A DNA stretch of 60,520 nucleotides from Nanobdellota archaeon (GTDB lineage Archaea > Nanobdellota > Nanobdellia > Woesearchaeales > UBA583): NCBI GenBank assembly GCA_048625195.1, contig JBMCRE010000005.1, forward strand, positions 1-60,520. Reading direction: 5' to 3'. Positions 59,726 through 60,520 of the stretch are shown piece by piece. A program made the position numbers and the translations under genes. How positions within the stretch are numbered: the first letter of the stretch is position 1; each line of letters opens with the position of its first letter. Below the pieces are notes generated by a model. It was not told the DNA's origin, ran no database searches, and saw only the letters and a program-made list of their open reading frames with translations.

Positions 59726-59896
59726 ATAATAGTAATAATAATAATTATAATATAAAAACCTATTGAATTTTTCAGCCCCACCAAGTATAAATTATAAAAA
59801 TTTGGGCGAAGCCTTTTATCTCTTGTCATGCTCCTAAAGGGCTGAAATTTAGTGCAAAGTTCCTAAGGAAAATTTCAGAGTTATTTTTGAGCCCCA

Positions 59897-60145
59897 TTAT
59901 TTGTAAATATTTTTTCTATGTCCTATTTCAACAACAATAATTAAAAGTTTACCAGATTTAATATCAAGAATTATTCGATAATTTCCAACTCGTAATCTAA
60001 AATATGGAGAAGAAACTAATTTTTTAATATAAGAATGTGGTCTAATTCTACATCTTTCTAATGTAGAAATAATTCTTTTAGAATCTTGTTCACTAAGTTT
60101 CTTTAAGAATTTCTTAGATTCGGCTGTAAAAAGAAGATCAAACAT
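59897..60145 (-). CDS. relE: RelE/ParE family toxin
   Basis: FRLRVGNYRII, VEIGHRKNIY. Confidence 0.9.
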   Translation of the reverse strand: MFDLLFTAESKKFLKKLSEQDSKRIISTLERCRIRPHSYIKKLVSSPYFRLRVGNYRIILDIKSGKLLIIVVEIGHRKNIYK

Positions 60146-60146
60146 T

Positions 60147-60365
60147 TTATATTCCTAATTCTCTTTTAACATTTTCAAGAGAATAAACTCTACCTGCTTT
60201 AATATCTTCTTCAGCTAGTTTTATTCTTTTTTTCGTTTCTTCAGATAACTCCATGGAGTCCTCTAAAGCATCCCAGATTACCTCTTCGTAAGATTCTTTA
60301 TCGTACATTTTTCTCTCTTTTAGTTTGGAGAGTAATTCTTGACTTACTGATATTGTTGTTGCCAT
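60147..60365 (-). CDS. cognate antitoxin (archaeal RelB-like)
   Basis: MATTISVS...ESYEEVIW...AEEDIKAGRVYSLENVKRELGI, 1 nt upstream of the toxin; start set at MATTI. Confidence 0.85.
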   Translation of the reverse strand: MATTISVSQELLSKLKERKMYDKESYEEVIWDALEDSMELSEETKKRIKLAEEDIKAGRVYSLENVKRELGI

Positions 60366-60520
60366 AACAACTATATAAGCAACCATATATATAAATGTTT
60401 CGTTTTTGAGGGCTCAAAATAAAATTAGACATAACAATCACGATTTAGAGAAGTTTTTGCGAAGCAGAATTTGGGAAATTCTTGCAAAGAATTTCTTTCA
60501 AATCGGTGTTAGTTGGGAGC

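Noticed and set aside
1-60520. CRISPR array, rRNA, transposase/integrase, or alternative genetic code
   Set aside because: No regularly spaced repeats, rRNA-like long GC-rich tracts or recombinase motifs were seen. Conserved genes translate fully with the standard code, so the in-frame stops in remnants are better read as decay.

Overview
A very AT-rich window (roughly 20-25% GC by eye) from the chromosome of a DPANN-type archaeon (Woesearchaeota/Nanoarchaeota-like). The assignment rests on archaeal PolD DP1/DP2, eIF2a, eIF5A, L40e, uL15, Rpp30, SecY, archaeal SepF, AMP phosphorylase and TATA-box promoters about 20-24 nt before start codons. The window holds about 55 CDSs, three tRNAs (Ser-GCT, Thr-GGT, Leu-TAA), a DpnII-like restriction-modification cassette, a partly decayed sulfotransferase/glycosyltransferase island and a RelBE-like toxin-antitoxin pair. 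No rRNA, CRISPR array or transposase was seen, and canonical archaeal operons are broken up. The best candidate for an undescribed system is a dispersed RiPP-like pathway. It comprises a His-Xaa-Asn repeat precursor (4506-4940), an adjacent protein with PT-barrel-like periodicity (3397-4509) and an orphan HxsB-like radical SAM/SPASM maturase (53578-55044). Other highlights are stand-alone N-terminal fragments of PolD DP2 and Hel308 (apparent gene fission), a ParA/small partner/PolB module beside a 0.9-kb AT-rich repeat region, an MraZ-like regulator and a duplicated tRNA-Ser 3' end. Family assignments come from motif recognition by eye; no searches were run.
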